64,000 nt of DNA, taken from an uncultured Gemmatimonadales bacterium (GTDB lineage: Bacteria; Gemmatimonadota; Gemmatimonadetes; Gemmatimonadales; Gemmatimonadaceae). The notes beneath the pieces are model-generated. The model had not been told where the DNA came from, made no database searches, and saw only the letters and a list, made by a program, of their open reading frames with translations. Of this stretch, positions 10,430-19,803 are shown one piece after another; position 1 is the first letter of the stretch; every line of letters begins with the position of its first letter. The stretch covers positions 4,224,001 through 4,288,000 of the forward strand of contig OY969695.1 in the NCBI GenBank assembly GCA_963701965.1, read 5' to 3'. A program made the translations under genes and the position numbers.

Positions 10430-10807
10430 ATGCTCAACCGTTCAAATCCGATGGCTACGATTCCTGTGAAGGACATGGCAGCCGCGAAGCGATTCTACGA
10501 AGGGACGCTCGGGCTATCCCAAGTCGACGATACGATGGGCGCGATCACGTACAAAGGCGGCGACGCGAAGCTCATGGTGTACCAATCGGAATTCGCCGGG
10601 AGCAACAAGGCGACCGCGGCGACCTGGCAGGTGGGCAAGGAAGTCGACGCGATCGCTCGCGATCTTGCCGCCAAAGGTGTGCCCTTCGAGCACTATGACG
10701 ATATCCCGGATCTGCGGCGCGAAGGGGACGTGCACATCGCCGGCGACTTGAGAATGGCGTGGTTCAAAGACCCGACCGGCAATATCCTGGCGATCGTCAG
10801 CGGGTGA
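10430..10807 (+). CDS. VOC/glyoxalase family protein
   Basis: IPVKDMAAAKRFYEGTLGL, AWFKDPTGNIL; RBS aggag. Confidence 0.88.
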   Translation: MLNRSNPMATIPVKDMAAAKRFYEGTLGLSQVDDTMGAITYKGGDAKLMVYQSEFAGSNKATAATWQVGKEVDAIARDLAAKGVPFEHYDDIPDLRREGDVHIAGDLRMAWFKDPTGNILAIVSG

Positions 10808-11090
10808 TCGCTCGACGGAGACGCCTCGCACCCGCTGGCAGTGCGGTAACCGTGCCGGAGCGTGTCACGAGACCGACGTCCGCCTCGGTAGACTCACGCC
10901 CACCGGTCTCAGCGGCTCTTCACGACTCTCTTATGCGCACCGCGTGCCTCTTCATGCGCACTTCATGACCGACTCGAGATATTTCCTGTCATGAGCAACG
11001 ACACCTTCCCGATGGACTGGAGCGAACGGCTCGTCCGTTGGACTGCGGCATTCGTGGAGAGCGTCCGTCGTGCGGCTGACCACAAGACGA

Positions 11091-11354
11091 CTACACCAGT
11101 GGAGCATGGCGCGCGCTACGTGGGGATGACGAGCGATCCGGAGCTCCATCCGCACTAGTTGGACACAACCGGCGCGATGACCTGAGACGGCGCCTGGCGC
11201 GGACGAGAGTCAACGCGCGCGCCAGGTCGTCCGCTTCGCGGGGATCGAGTTGGACAGGACTCAGGGTACGGAGTACGACGAACAGCGCGAGACCGACGAT
11301 GACGACCGGTGGGATCCACCACAGCATCGCATCGGTGAGCACACTGGCTGGCAT
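11091..11354 (-). CDS. Small hypothetical membrane protein
   Basis: One hydrophobic helix (WWIPPVVIVGLALFVVL). Confidence 0.3.
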   Translation of the reverse strand: MPASVLTDAMLWWIPPVVIVGLALFVVLRTLSPVQLDPREADDLARALTLVRARRRLRSSRRLCPTSADGAPDRSSSPRSARHAPLV

Positions 11355-11443
11355 GCCGCCAGTTTATCGCGTGCTCCATGAACAAGTCATGAACGCGATC
11401 GTCGCGCGCGTGAAGGATTCGTGAATCCGCGCGTCCTGTCAGG

Positions 11444-11857
11444 TCATTCGACGAACCGACGGACCTCGACATGCCCTCCGTACTTCCAATGCGGACACGT
11501 CGCCGCCACTCGATCGGCATCGGCGTCGCTCGGGGCCCGAACGATGAACATGCCCGTGATCTCGCCGGGCCCGATCAATCGTCCCCCCCGATCGACTCCC
11601 ACGCTATCGGCCCACCGTGCATACTCGTGGATCCGCTCCTCCATATGGCCCGGCGGTGGCAGGCGATACGTGGAGTCCTGGTGCAGGAGGAAGACGTAGG
11701 GACTGCCTTTCTGCGCCGACCAGTTGTGGACGAAGAGCAGCACGAGCGCGGCGGCGAGGGGGGCCAACAGCCACATCGCCGATCGTCGCCGAGGCCGGAT
11801 TTCGCCAGCTTGGATCAAGGCCCGCACCACGCGGTCCTCGAGAGGGACGTGTGTCAT
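11444..11857 (-). CDS. Putative anti-sigma factor: TM helix plus YCII-like domain
   Basis: Overlaps the sigma stop codon; TM helix; ITGMFIVRA..A..VAATCPHWKYGGHVEVR. Confidence 0.7.
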   Translation of the reverse strand: MTHVPLEDRVVRALIQAGEIRPRRRSAMWLLAPLAAALVLLFVHNWSAQKGSPYVFLLHQDSTYRLPPPGHMEERIHEYARWADSVGVDRGGRLIGPGEITGMFIVRAPSDADADRVAATCPHWKYGGHVEVRRFVE

Positions 11858-12387
11858 GGTAGCAATCCCCGGAGCAGGCTCCGAGCGCGGTTGAGTTGGC
11901 TTTTTGATGTCCCGACGACAATGCCCAGCATGCCGGCGATCTCTTCGTGAGTGTAACCGTGGACGTCGTGCAGGACGAAGATGTCGCGCGCACCCTCCGG
12001 TAATCCGGCGATGGCGCGTTCGAGATCCAACGCGTCATCGGTGACGACGCCGTTGGGCGCGATCGCGTCGTCTACGGGTGCTTCCACGATGCGCCACGCC
12101 GTGCGAATACGTTCGCGCCGCACGTTGACCAGAAAGCCGCAGAGCCACGAGCGCAGCGTCGATTCGGCGCGGAACGTGGAGAGCGCCCGAACCGCCCGCA
12201 GCCAACTCTCCTGAACCAGATCCTCGGCTTCGCCGGCGTCGCCACCCGCGAGGCGAAGCGCCAGCGCATACAGCGCTGGCGTATGGATGCGATACAGCGA
12301 TCGAAACGCGTCCTCGCCGCGCGACCGTAAGAACTGCCGGACGAGCGCGAGGTCGTCGTTCACCGGGCGGGCGTGGGGTCGATCCAA
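11854..12387 (-). CDS. ECF RNA polymerase sigma-70 factor (copy 1)
   Basis: EAEDLVQESW, LRSWL, FVLHDVHGYTHEEIAGMLGIVVGTSKSQLNRAR. Confidence 0.92.
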   Translation of the reverse strand: MDRPHARPVNDDLALVRQFLRSRGEDAFRSLYRIHTPALYALALRLAGGDAGEAEDLVQESWLRAVRALSTFRAESTLRSWLCGFLVNVRRERIRTAWRIVEAPVDDAIAPNGVVTDDALDLERAIAGLPEGARDIFVLHDVHGYTHEEIAGMLGIVVGTSKSQLNRARSLLRGLLP

Positions 12388-12959
12388 TCGCGAGCGACAA
12401 TGACGAGCGCCGAGCTCGGCGTCGCTGGATCGAGCACCATGGGGATGCTACCGTCGGACGATGGCACCAGTCCCATGTCCGCGGTGCGCATGCCCGGGTA
12501 GAAGACCATGACGTGCGGCAGCCACTTGCCGATCACGGTCCCATCGGGATTGGGCAACCGCTGGGCGGACGACAACATGAACACGAGCGCCGGGCGCGAA
12601 GGCGTCCGGAAGCGACCGGCGGCCCTCCCGTCCGCTATGGCGCGGGCGATGTCGGCATTCGAGCGGCCCGCCAGACGCTGCTCGACCCGAAAGCGCTCCA
12701 CGGCCAGGATGGTGGTATCGGCCTCGGCGTCACCGCACTCCGGTTCCAGTGACGTCTCCACGCTCCGAATGACCATGCACGCCTCGCCGGAATGACCGGG
12801 CTCGGCGACGACATAGTGGTTGTCGGCGAGCACATAGATCCGGGCGTCCTTCGCAACCGCCGGCGGCGCCGCGCTTCGGGCGAGCCGGATTTCGTCATTG
12901 CGCGACTGGGCCGCGGCGATGACGGGAACCAATAGGGCTACTGATAGAAGTATACGCAT
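12360..12959 (-). CDS. Secreted hypothetical protein (SAAP / C..C / PHxM family, paralog A)
   Basis: Signal peptide; EIRLARSAAP, ACMVIRS, PECGD, LVFMLS, WLPHVMVFYP. Confidence 0.75.
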   Translation of the reverse strand: MRILLSVALLVPVIAAAQSRNDEIRLARSAAPPAVAKDARIYVLADNHYVVAEPGHSGEACMVIRSVETSLEPECGDAEADTTILAVERFRVEQRLAGRSNADIARAIADGRAAGRFRTPSRPALVFMLSSAQRLPNPDGTVIGKWLPHVMVFYPGMRTADMGLVPSSDGSIPMVLDPATPSSALVIVARDWIDPTPAR

Positions 12960-12966
12960 ATCCATG

Positions 12967-12992
12967 AGTGAAGGAAGCGGCACTTAAGGTTG
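12967..12992 (-). promoter_or_regulatory. Putative ECF promoter A, CAACCTT-N13-TTCACT
   Basis: One of three copies; ends 7 nt before the ATG at 12959. Confidence 0.65.
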
Positions 12993-13010
12993 TAGGGCCT
13001 ACGAGTCGTG

Positions 13011-13553
13011 TCACGGCAGCGATTCCCGAAGTAGGCGCCGGGCGCGGTTGAGTTGGCTTTTGGATGTCCCGACGACGATGCCGAGCATTTCGGCGATCTC
13101 CTCATGGGTGTATCCCTCGACGTCATGCAGGACGAAGACGTCGCGCGTTCCCTCGGGTAACCCGGCGATAGCGCGCTCGAGATCCGGCGCGTCGCCGGTG
13201 ACCCCGTGGAGCACGATCGGTTCGTCCGCGGGCCTCTCCACGGTCCGCCACGCCGTCCTCAGTCGCTCGCGCCGCACGCTGACCACAAAACGGGTGAGCC
13301 ACGAGTGCAGAGTCGATTCGGCGTGGAACGTGGAGAGCACGCGAACGGCGCTCAGCCAACTCTCCTGGACCAAGACCTCCGCCTCGCCCGCGTCGCCATC
13401 GGCCAGACGAAGCGCCAGCGCGTAGAGCGCTGGCGTGTGGATGCGATAGAGCGACCGAAAGGCGTCCTCTCCGCGGGAGCGTAAGAAGTGCTGGACGAGC
13501 GCGAGATCGTCGCTCCCACTGACGCGGGCCGGGTGCGGTTGTGGTGTAGGCAC
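13011..13553 (-). CDS. ECF RNA polymerase sigma-70 factor (copy 2, near-duplicate of copy 1)
   Basis: Long identical stretches with copy 1, e.g. FLRSRGEDAFRSLYRIHTPALYALALRL; probable GTG start at 13553. Confidence 0.9.
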   Translation of the reverse strand: MPTPQPHPARVSGSDDLALVQHFLRSRGEDAFRSLYRIHTPALYALALRLADGDAGEAEVLVQESWLSAVRVLSTFHAESTLHSWLTRFVVSVRRERLRTAWRTVERPADEPIVLHGVTGDAPDLERAIAGLPEGTRDVFVLHDVEGYTHEEIAEMLGIVVGTSKSQLNRARRLLRESLP

Positions 13554-13560
13554 ATACGTT

Positions 13561-13586
13561 AGTGAAGGAACCGGCCCAAAAGGTTG
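13561..13586 (-). promoter_or_regulatory. Putative ECF promoter B, CAACCTT-N13-TTCACT
   Basis: Ends 7 nt before the GTG at 13553. Confidence 0.65.
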
Positions 13587-13647
13587 GAAGGCCCGCCGGC
13601 GGAGGCGGTGCATGGCGGGGGACCGCCCCTGACGTCAACGACTCCTC

Positions 13648-13673
13648 CAACCTTTTGTCGGTCGCGCGTCACT
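13648..13673 (+). promoter_or_regulatory. Putative ECF promoter C, CAACCTT-N13-GTCACT
   Basis: Divergent copy upstream of paralog B. Confidence 0.6.
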
Positions 13674-13729
13674 CAGTGTGATAGACCCAGCACCAGAATG
13701 CTATCACGGATACTTCTCTGAGGAGACGG

Positions 13730-14444
13730 GTGATGCCACGAAGGATCACAGGGTCGATCGTGTGGACACGCGTCGCCACGGTCGCGGCCCTGGGACTCGC
13801 GCAATCATCGCACGCCCAAAGCGCCGCGACCCCGTATCCCCGCATGGCGCCTATTGGGCAATACCTGATGGATCGCACGGCGGAGATTGCCCTGGCCAAG
13901 AGCGCCGCCCCCGCGTCGGTATCGGATAAAGCCCAAATCCTGGTGCTCGGACCGAAGGGCTACGAGACCGCGATCGAAGGGACCAACGGCTTCGTCTGCC
14001 TCGTCGAGCGATCGTGGCAGGCCGATTTCGACGACCCGGAGTTCTGGAATCCCAAGATTCGAGGCGCCGGGTGCTTCAACCCTGCCGCCGCACGCTCCGT
14101 CGTACCGGCGAAGGTGAAACGGCAGCAGATGATCCTGGCGGGACTGTCCAAGGCGCAGGTGATGGACAGTATCAAGGCCGCATTGGATCGGGGAACCCTG
14201 GTGGCACCCGCACCCGGCGCGATGTGCTACATGATGTCCAAAGTCGCGTACCTGAACGATCACGGCGACATGGCCCATTCTGATGTTCTTCCTCCCGCTC
14301 ACCGACGACAAAGTCTGGCCCGCGAGCGGGCCGACGCCGCCGTTCTTTGTCGATCAAAATCCGGTGGACCGCGTCACCACCCTCATCATCCCGACCGGCC
14401 ATTGGTCGGACGGCGCCCCGGCGTCGACTGGCGCGAAGGGATAA
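13730..14444 (+). CDS. Secreted hypothetical protein (paralog B), +1 frameshift at ~14278
   Basis: EIALAKSAAP, GTNGFVCLVERS, AGCFN, MCYMMS; the corrected frame reads HLMFFLP...GAKG-TAA at 14444. Confidence 0.75.
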
Positions 14445-14488
14445 CCGGGATCCGCAGGACAGGCACCTTCAACCTTTCGGAGGCACAC

Positions 14489-17488
14489 GTGACGACAGTA
14501 TTTGTGCGAAGAGTGTGGCGAACGGCACTCACCATCGGTCTAGTAGCGCTGGGGAGCGCCGCGTCGACGGCAGCCCAGGCCCAGGGTACGCCGCGTCGTC
14601 TCACAGGGCATGTCATCGAGGCCGACGGGAAATCCCCCGTCCCGGCGGCGAGTGTCCGGGTCGGCAACAGTACCATCGGAAGTTTGACGACGGACAGTGG
14701 CACGTTCTCGCTCCGCGTGCCGGACGGCGCGCTGACGTTGACGGTCCGACGGATCGGCTATACGAGCAATACCGTGTCGGTCGCCGCCGATCAGAATGAT
14801 GTGACCATCTCGCTTACGCGCGACATCCTCAAGCTCGATGCCGAAGTGATCACCGGAGTGGCCACGACGATCTCGTCGAAGAACTCGGCGAATGACGTCG
14901 CGGTACTCAACGCGGATCAGATCAACCAGGTCCCCTCACCGACGATCGAGAACGCCCTGCAGGGCAAGATCGCGGGCGCCGTGATTCAGCAGAACAACGG
15001 TGGCGCCCCCGGTGGCGGCATGCAAGTCCAGATCCGCGGCGTCACGTCGATCAACTCCGATGCCTCGCCGCTGTACGTGGTCGACGGCGTGATCCTGAAC
15101 AACCAGACGATGAATAGTGGCGCGAACGCTGTGACCCAGTCAGCGAGCGTCATGCCCAAACAGTCGAGCCAGGACAACAGCGCGAACCGCATCGCCGATC
15201 TGAACCCGGACGACATCGAGACGATCGAGGTGTTGAAGGGGGCGTCGGCGGCCGCGATCTACGGGTCGAAGGCCGCATCGGGTGTCATCGTGATCACGAC
15301 GAAGAAGGGCCTCCCCGGCGCGCCGCAGTGGGATCTGTCGGGACAGGCCGGCACATACACGCCGTCGAACACGCTCCAGATGCGTACGTTCCCCACCTAT
15401 CAGAGCGCGAACGCGTGGTATATGAAGGACTTTCGCAGTCCGACGCCCTTGCCCTTGAGCATGTACGCCGGCAATCAAGACTATCAGAACCAGCTCTTCG
15501 GCGGCGGCCAGCTCTCGGGTCAGGGCGATCTGAGCGTCCGCGGCGCGAACAACAACACGAACTACTATGCGTCATTGCACGATCAGTACGACAATGGGAT
15601 CATGCTCGGTACTAGCTACAACAAGCAAGCGGCCCGGACGAACCTGACCGAGACGTTCTCTCCCGCGCTCACCGTCTCGACGAACCTGTACGTTCAGCAC
15701 TCGGTCACCACCCGCGGCATCACCGGCAATGACAACGTCGGGGTCAGCCCGTACAACATCTTTTCGGTGACGCCGCAATTCGTCAAACTGAATTCGTTCT
15801 CGCAGAATACGTGGGCTAATAATCCGTTCGGATTCGGCAATCCGTTTGCCGACGCCGCAGAGATTCAGACGCCGTCGGACGTCAATCGCTTCATTGGCGG
15901 CGGCACCGCGAACTTGCAGCTGTTCCACAGCGACCGGCAGGACCTGCGCCTGTCGCTGATCGCGGGGGTCGACCTGACCGGCGAGCACGACATCAACTAT
16001 GCGCCGCCCGATCTCGAGCTCGAGCAGCACCAGTCGCTGCCGGGCACGTCGAACCTGAGCAATGTGAATACCACGTACTACAACTACTCGATCAGCCTGA
16101 TCCATCACTTCACGGGGCTCTCGTTCCTCGACGCCACGACGTCGATCGGCGAATCGCAGGATCGGCGTACGGTCGACAACCCGAACCTCGTTGGACAAAG
16201 CCTTCCGCCCGGGATTGTCAGTCCGACCGCCGGACAGGTACAGACGACGTTCGAGAACAGAACCGATACGAAGACAATGACACTCTACGCGCAGGAACAG
16301 CTGCTCACGCTATCCCAGCGGCTATCCCTCACGGCCGGCGTGACGGCGGATCGCAACTCGAACAACGGCAACTTCTCGGCCTACTATCTGTATCCGAAGT
16401 TCGCCGCATCGTTCCGGATCCCGCAGTTCGTGGGCTTCATCAATGACGTCAAGCTCCGCTCGGCATACGGTCAGTCGGGCACGGCGCCGACATACGGATT
16501 CAACTACGCCAGCAACTCGAGTTGCGCGCCCGCCCTGAACACATCCCAGGCGCTGCTCTGCGGCTATACGGCGCCCAACGTCAATCTGAACGACCCGCAC
16601 ATCACGCCCGAAAAGAGCACCGAGACCGAGGCGGGAATCGACATCACCGCGTTCAAGTCGCGGGCGCAGTTCTCCGGTACGGTCTACAACAAGCAAATCT
16701 CTAACCTCGTGCTGTTCACGGCACCGGCGCAGGCGACCGGCTTGAGCCAGATCATCCTGAACGGTGGGCAATTCACCAATCAGGGCATCGAGCTCTCGCT
16801 CCAGATGTCCCCGATCGCCAACCCGCGAGGGCTCACCTGGATCTCGAACGCGACGTTCTACCGCAACTACAGCCGCGTGGACGCGCTCCCGTTTGGACCG
16901 TTCGTCGCGGGGTCCGGGTTCGGTGGGGGGTTTGGGGAGAACGAAGTTCGGGTCGGGCGTTCCGTAACGCAGATCGTCGATCCGGGTATCAAGAACGCGG
17001 ATAGCAGCGTGAAGCAGATCGGCGATGCGCAACCGTCCAATGTGATGAGCTTTTCGCAGCAGCTCTCGTTTGGTCGTCTGCATCTCTCCGGCGTGCTGGA
17101 TTGGTATGTCGGTGGGAGCGTCGCCAATTTGACCAACGCCTACTTCGATACGCGGCTCCTTCTGCTGGCCGATACGGCCGCGTCTCTGGCGCGCGCGAAT
17201 GCGCCGCCGACTCAGCACCCGTACATCGAATCCGCGCGGTTCGTCAAGCTCCGCGAGGTTCGGCTGAGCTATGATGTGCCCGATCGGTGGGTGCGTACGA
17301 TCGGAGCGGGACGGCTCCGCACCATGCGCATCGACCTGTCGGGTCGCAACCTCATATCCAGCTTCCCCTATTCCGGACTTGATCCGGAAGTGTCGAACTT
17401 CGGCAATAGCCAGATCTCACGCGGGCAAGACGTCACGCCGTATCCGCCTGCCAGAAGCTTCTTCTTCGGCGTCGACCTAGGGCTCTGA
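14489..17488 (+). CDS. SusC/RagA family TonB-dependent outer membrane transporter
   Basis: Own RBS ggagg and GTG start; N-terminal extension, PLYVVDGVI, DLNPDDIETIEVLKGASAAAIYGSKAASGVIVITTKKG, GLDPEV, C-terminal YPPARSFFFGVDLGL. Confidence 0.93.
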   Translation: MTTVFVRRVWRTALTIGLVALGSAASTAAQAQGTPRRLTGHVIEADGKSPVPAASVRVGNSTIGSLTTDSGTFSLRVPDGALTLTVRRIGYTSNTVSVAADQNDVTISLTRDILKLDAEVITGVATTISSKNSANDVAVLNADQINQVPSPTIENALQGKIAGAVIQQNNGGAPGGGMQVQIRGVTSINSDASPLYVVDGVILNNQTMNSGANAVTQSASVMPKQSSQDNSANRIADLNPDDIETIEVLKGASAAAIYGSKAASGVIVITTKKGLPGAPQWDLSGQAGTYTPSNTLQMRTFPTYQSANAWYMKDFRSPTPLPLSMYAGNQDYQNQLFGGGQLSGQGDLSVRGANNNTNYYASLHDQYDNGIMLGTSYNKQAARTNLTETFSPALTVSTNLYVQHSVTTRGITGNDNVGVSPYNIFSVTPQFVKLNSFSQNTWANNPFGFGNPFADAAEIQTPSDVNRFIGGGTANLQLFHSDRQDLRLSLIAGVDLTGEHDINYAPPDLELEQHQSLPGTSNLSNVNTTYYNYSISLIHHFTGLSFLDATTSIGESQDRRTVDNPNLVGQSLPPGIVSPTAGQVQTTFENRTDTKTMTLYAQEQLLTLSQRLSLTAGVTADRNSNNGNFSAYYLYPKFAASFRIPQFVGFINDVKLRSAYGQSGTAPTYGFNYASNSSCAPALNTSQALLCGYTAPNVNLNDPHITPEKSTETEAGIDITAFKSRAQFSGTVYNKQISNLVLFTAPAQATGLSQIILNGGQFTNQGIELSLQMSPIANPRGLTWISNATFYRNYSRVDALPFGPFVAGSGFGGGFGENEVRVGRSVTQIVDPGIKNADSSVKQIGDAQPSNVMSFSQQLSFGRLHLSGVLDWYVGGSVANLTNAYFDTRLLLLADTAASLARANAPPTQHPYIESARFVKLREVRLSYDVPDRWVRTIGAGRLRTMRIDLSGRNLISSFPYSGLDPEVSNFGNSQISRGQDVTPYPPARSFFFGVDLGL

Positions 17489-17490
17489 CC

Positions 17491-18978
17491 ATGACACTCT
17501 CTTCACACGCTCATCGCATCGCCACGCTCGGCATCATCGCGAGCCTGGCCGGTTTCGCCGGTGCGTGCAACACGAACCCGGTGGCGAATCTCAATCAGGT
17601 CGAGGCGGGCACATCGCCCTCCGGGTATCAAGCGCGCTTCCTCGGCATGCTGTACTTCCAGCGGCAAGACTTCGGGGATCGCGTCATCATGTTTAGCGCG
17701 TTCTCTCGGGACGGCGGTAATTTCACGACGACGGAAAAACGGTTCATCACCGAATGGCTCGGCGACGGAGCGGGCATCGAGGACGGCACGTTCTTCGGGG
17801 GCTCCAGCGAGGAATCCCAGCTGTCGTCGATCCGCCAGTCGGAGCAAATCCTTGCCGATCTGCCGAAAGCCGTGCCGGCGTATTCGGCAAGCGACATCGC
17901 CAAGTGGAAAGGGCTGATCTACACGATCGATGCCCTCGGGTATATGAACGTCGCGGTGCCCCACGACACGGTCGGATTCCCTATGGCGTCGGCAACAACG
18001 ACGACGCCGTCGATTCAGACGCCGATCCTGTGCACAAAGAACGTCTGGCAGCAGATCGTCGCGCTACTGGACTCGGGGTTCACGCAACTCAACGCCGATC
18101 AGAGTCCGGGACTACCGATCACGCTGCCGCCGGGATTCTCACTGGTCAGTGCCCAGGCGAGCCCGAGCACGAAGATCGGTTCGTTCGCGGCGCTCAATCG
18201 CGCCCTGGCCGCGCGCGCCAACCTCGAGCTGGCCTACGCGATCGCGCGGTCGCCAGGTGGAACGCCGCCGACCCCGACATCGCCCGGGGCTCCGGATCAT
18301 GCGGCACTGATCCGCGCCGACAGCGCGCTGCACGCGTCGGCGCTGTACTCGGCAACGAATCTGGCGCCGCCTGCCGCCGGTGCATTCAACAATGCGCTCG
18401 CGGTCTACCAGGATTTCTCGGGCCAGTCCGGCGATCTCCCGAATTTGTTCCTGCAACAATACCAAACGACGTTCTACATCCTCAACGAGGCGATGGCCGA
18501 CATCGATCCGGCCGATAAACGGTTAGTGAAAATCATACCCGCCGCCGGGCCGGCTGGTACCCCGTTCTCCTCGGTGGCCTCGGCGAACACGATTGGGATG
18601 TATCCCTCGGCGGACAGTCATATGCCGATCATCCGTAACGAGGAGCTCAACCTCTTCGAGGCGCAGATTCGACTCGGACTGGGTGATATCCCCGGTGCGA
18701 TCAATGCGATCAATGCGGTGCGGGTGCAGGTCGGCGGATTGCCGGCCCTGTCGGCGGCCGGACAGACCTACGTGTCCGTGCGCAATCAGATTCTCAAAGA
18801 GCTCCGGGCGTCGACGATCGGCGAGACGAATGGCGATCGGGTCGCCGCCATCCGGGACTACGGCTTGCCCGCCCTCGCGGACACGACGTGGGGCAAGGTC
18901 GACACCCACGCCACGGTCATGACGCTCGCTGCCAATGATGTGGAGGGGCGCGCGAGTTCGAATTACACCTGTCACTAA
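17491..18978 (+). CDS. SusD/RagB family lipoprotein
   Basis: Lipobox FAGAC; PIIRNEELNLFEAQ, AINAINAVR; directly follows SusC. Confidence 0.85.
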   Translation: MTLSSHAHRIATLGIIASLAGFAGACNTNPVANLNQVEAGTSPSGYQARFLGMLYFQRQDFGDRVIMFSAFSRDGGNFTTTEKRFITEWLGDGAGIEDGTFFGGSSEESQLSSIRQSEQILADLPKAVPAYSASDIAKWKGLIYTIDALGYMNVAVPHDTVGFPMASATTTTPSIQTPILCTKNVWQQIVALLDSGFTQLNADQSPGLPITLPPGFSLVSAQASPSTKIGSFAALNRALAARANLELAYAIARSPGGTPPTPTSPGAPDHAALIRADSALHASALYSATNLAPPAAGAFNNALAVYQDFSGQSGDLPNLFLQQYQTTFYILNEAMADIDPADKRLVKIIPAAGPAGTPFSSVASANTIGMYPSADSHMPIIRNEELNLFEAQIRLGLGDIPGAINAINAVRVQVGGLPALSAAGQTYVSVRNQILKELRASTIGETNGDRVAAIRDYGLPALADTTWGKVDTHATVMTLAANDVEGRASSNYTCH

Positions 18979-19012
18979 CCCGCCGGAATCGTCCCGGCGC
19001 GACACGACACAC

Positions 19013-19050
19013 CACAACGGCCCTGGGTCTCTCCGACCAGGGCCGTTGTG
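19013..19050. terminator. Hairpin between convergent susD and SDR genes
   Basis: CACAACGGCCCTGG-10-CCAGGGCCGTTGTG perfect 14-bp stem. Confidence 0.7.
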
Positions 19051-19064
19051 CTTCACCACGAGGG

Positions 19065-19787
19065 CTACCACCGGCCCGTGTGCGCGCCGGCGTCCACGTG
19101 GAGCACCTCCCCCGTCACCTGACTCGCTTCCGTCAGATACACTACCGCCTCGGCGATATCCTGTACGTCGGCGATTTGGCCCATGGGGGAGAGGGTCTTG
19201 AGGAACTCCTTGGGATCGTCCTTGTGCAGCGGCGTATCGACCATCCCGGGCGCAACCGCATTCACACGAATGCCTGCCTTGGCGTATTCCAGCGCCAGAC
19301 TGCGCGTGATGGCTTCCAGGCCGCCTTTCGTAATCATCGCCACGGACGCGTTCATCCCGACGATCGGGTTGACGACCATGGATGTCGTAATGCTCACGAT
19401 ACTGCCACCGGACCCCTGGGCCACCATTTGCTTGATGGCCAGTTGACTGATGTAGATAAACCCCTCGAGGTTCGTGGCAACCAACGCGGCGAAGTCCTCG
19501 GCGGTGTAGTCGGTAAACGGCTTGGTGACGAAGATGCCCGCATTGTTGACCAGGGCGTCGATCGATCCGAACCGGCGGATAGCGGTGTCGGCAATCCTGG
19601 CTGCGGTCGCGGCCTCACCGATGTCGCCATCGACCAGCGCCAGCCGATCGGATGGCGCGAACGTTTGCGATTTAGTCAGCGTGCGTGAGTTCGCGACAAG
19701 GTTGTAGTCGCGATCCAGAAATGCCCGCACCACCGCGGCGCCGATGCCCTGCGACGCTCCGGTGACGATAACGGTCTTTGGCTTCAC
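19065..19787 (-). CDS. SDR family oxidoreductase (catalytic Tyr replaced, AMITK)
   Basis: TGASQGIG, NNAG, RVNAVAPG. Confidence 0.9.
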   Translation of the reverse strand: MKPKTVIVTGASQGIGAAVVRAFLDRDYNLVANSRTLTKSQTFAPSDRLALVDGDIGEAATAARIADTAIRRFGSIDALVNNAGIFVTKPFTDYTAEDFAALVATNLEGFIYISQLAIKQMVAQGSGGSIVSITTSMVVNPIVGMNASVAMITKGGLEAITRSLALEYAKAGIRVNAVAPGMVDTPLHKDDPKEFLKTLSPMGQIADVQDIAEAVVYLTEASQVTGEVLHVDAGAHTGRW

Positions 19788-19803
19788 ATCGACTCCATAG
19801 GAT

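Noticed and set aside
10991..11158. 55-aa plus-strand ORF MSNDTFPMDWSERLVRW
   Set aside because: No RBS or recognisable motif, and it overlaps a competing minus-strand ORF
13730..17488. 1252-aa novel-domain/SusC fusion in the ORF track
   Set aside because: Created by the +1 frameshift at ~14278; the upstream gene has its own stop at 14444 and SusC has its own RBS, start and signal peptide
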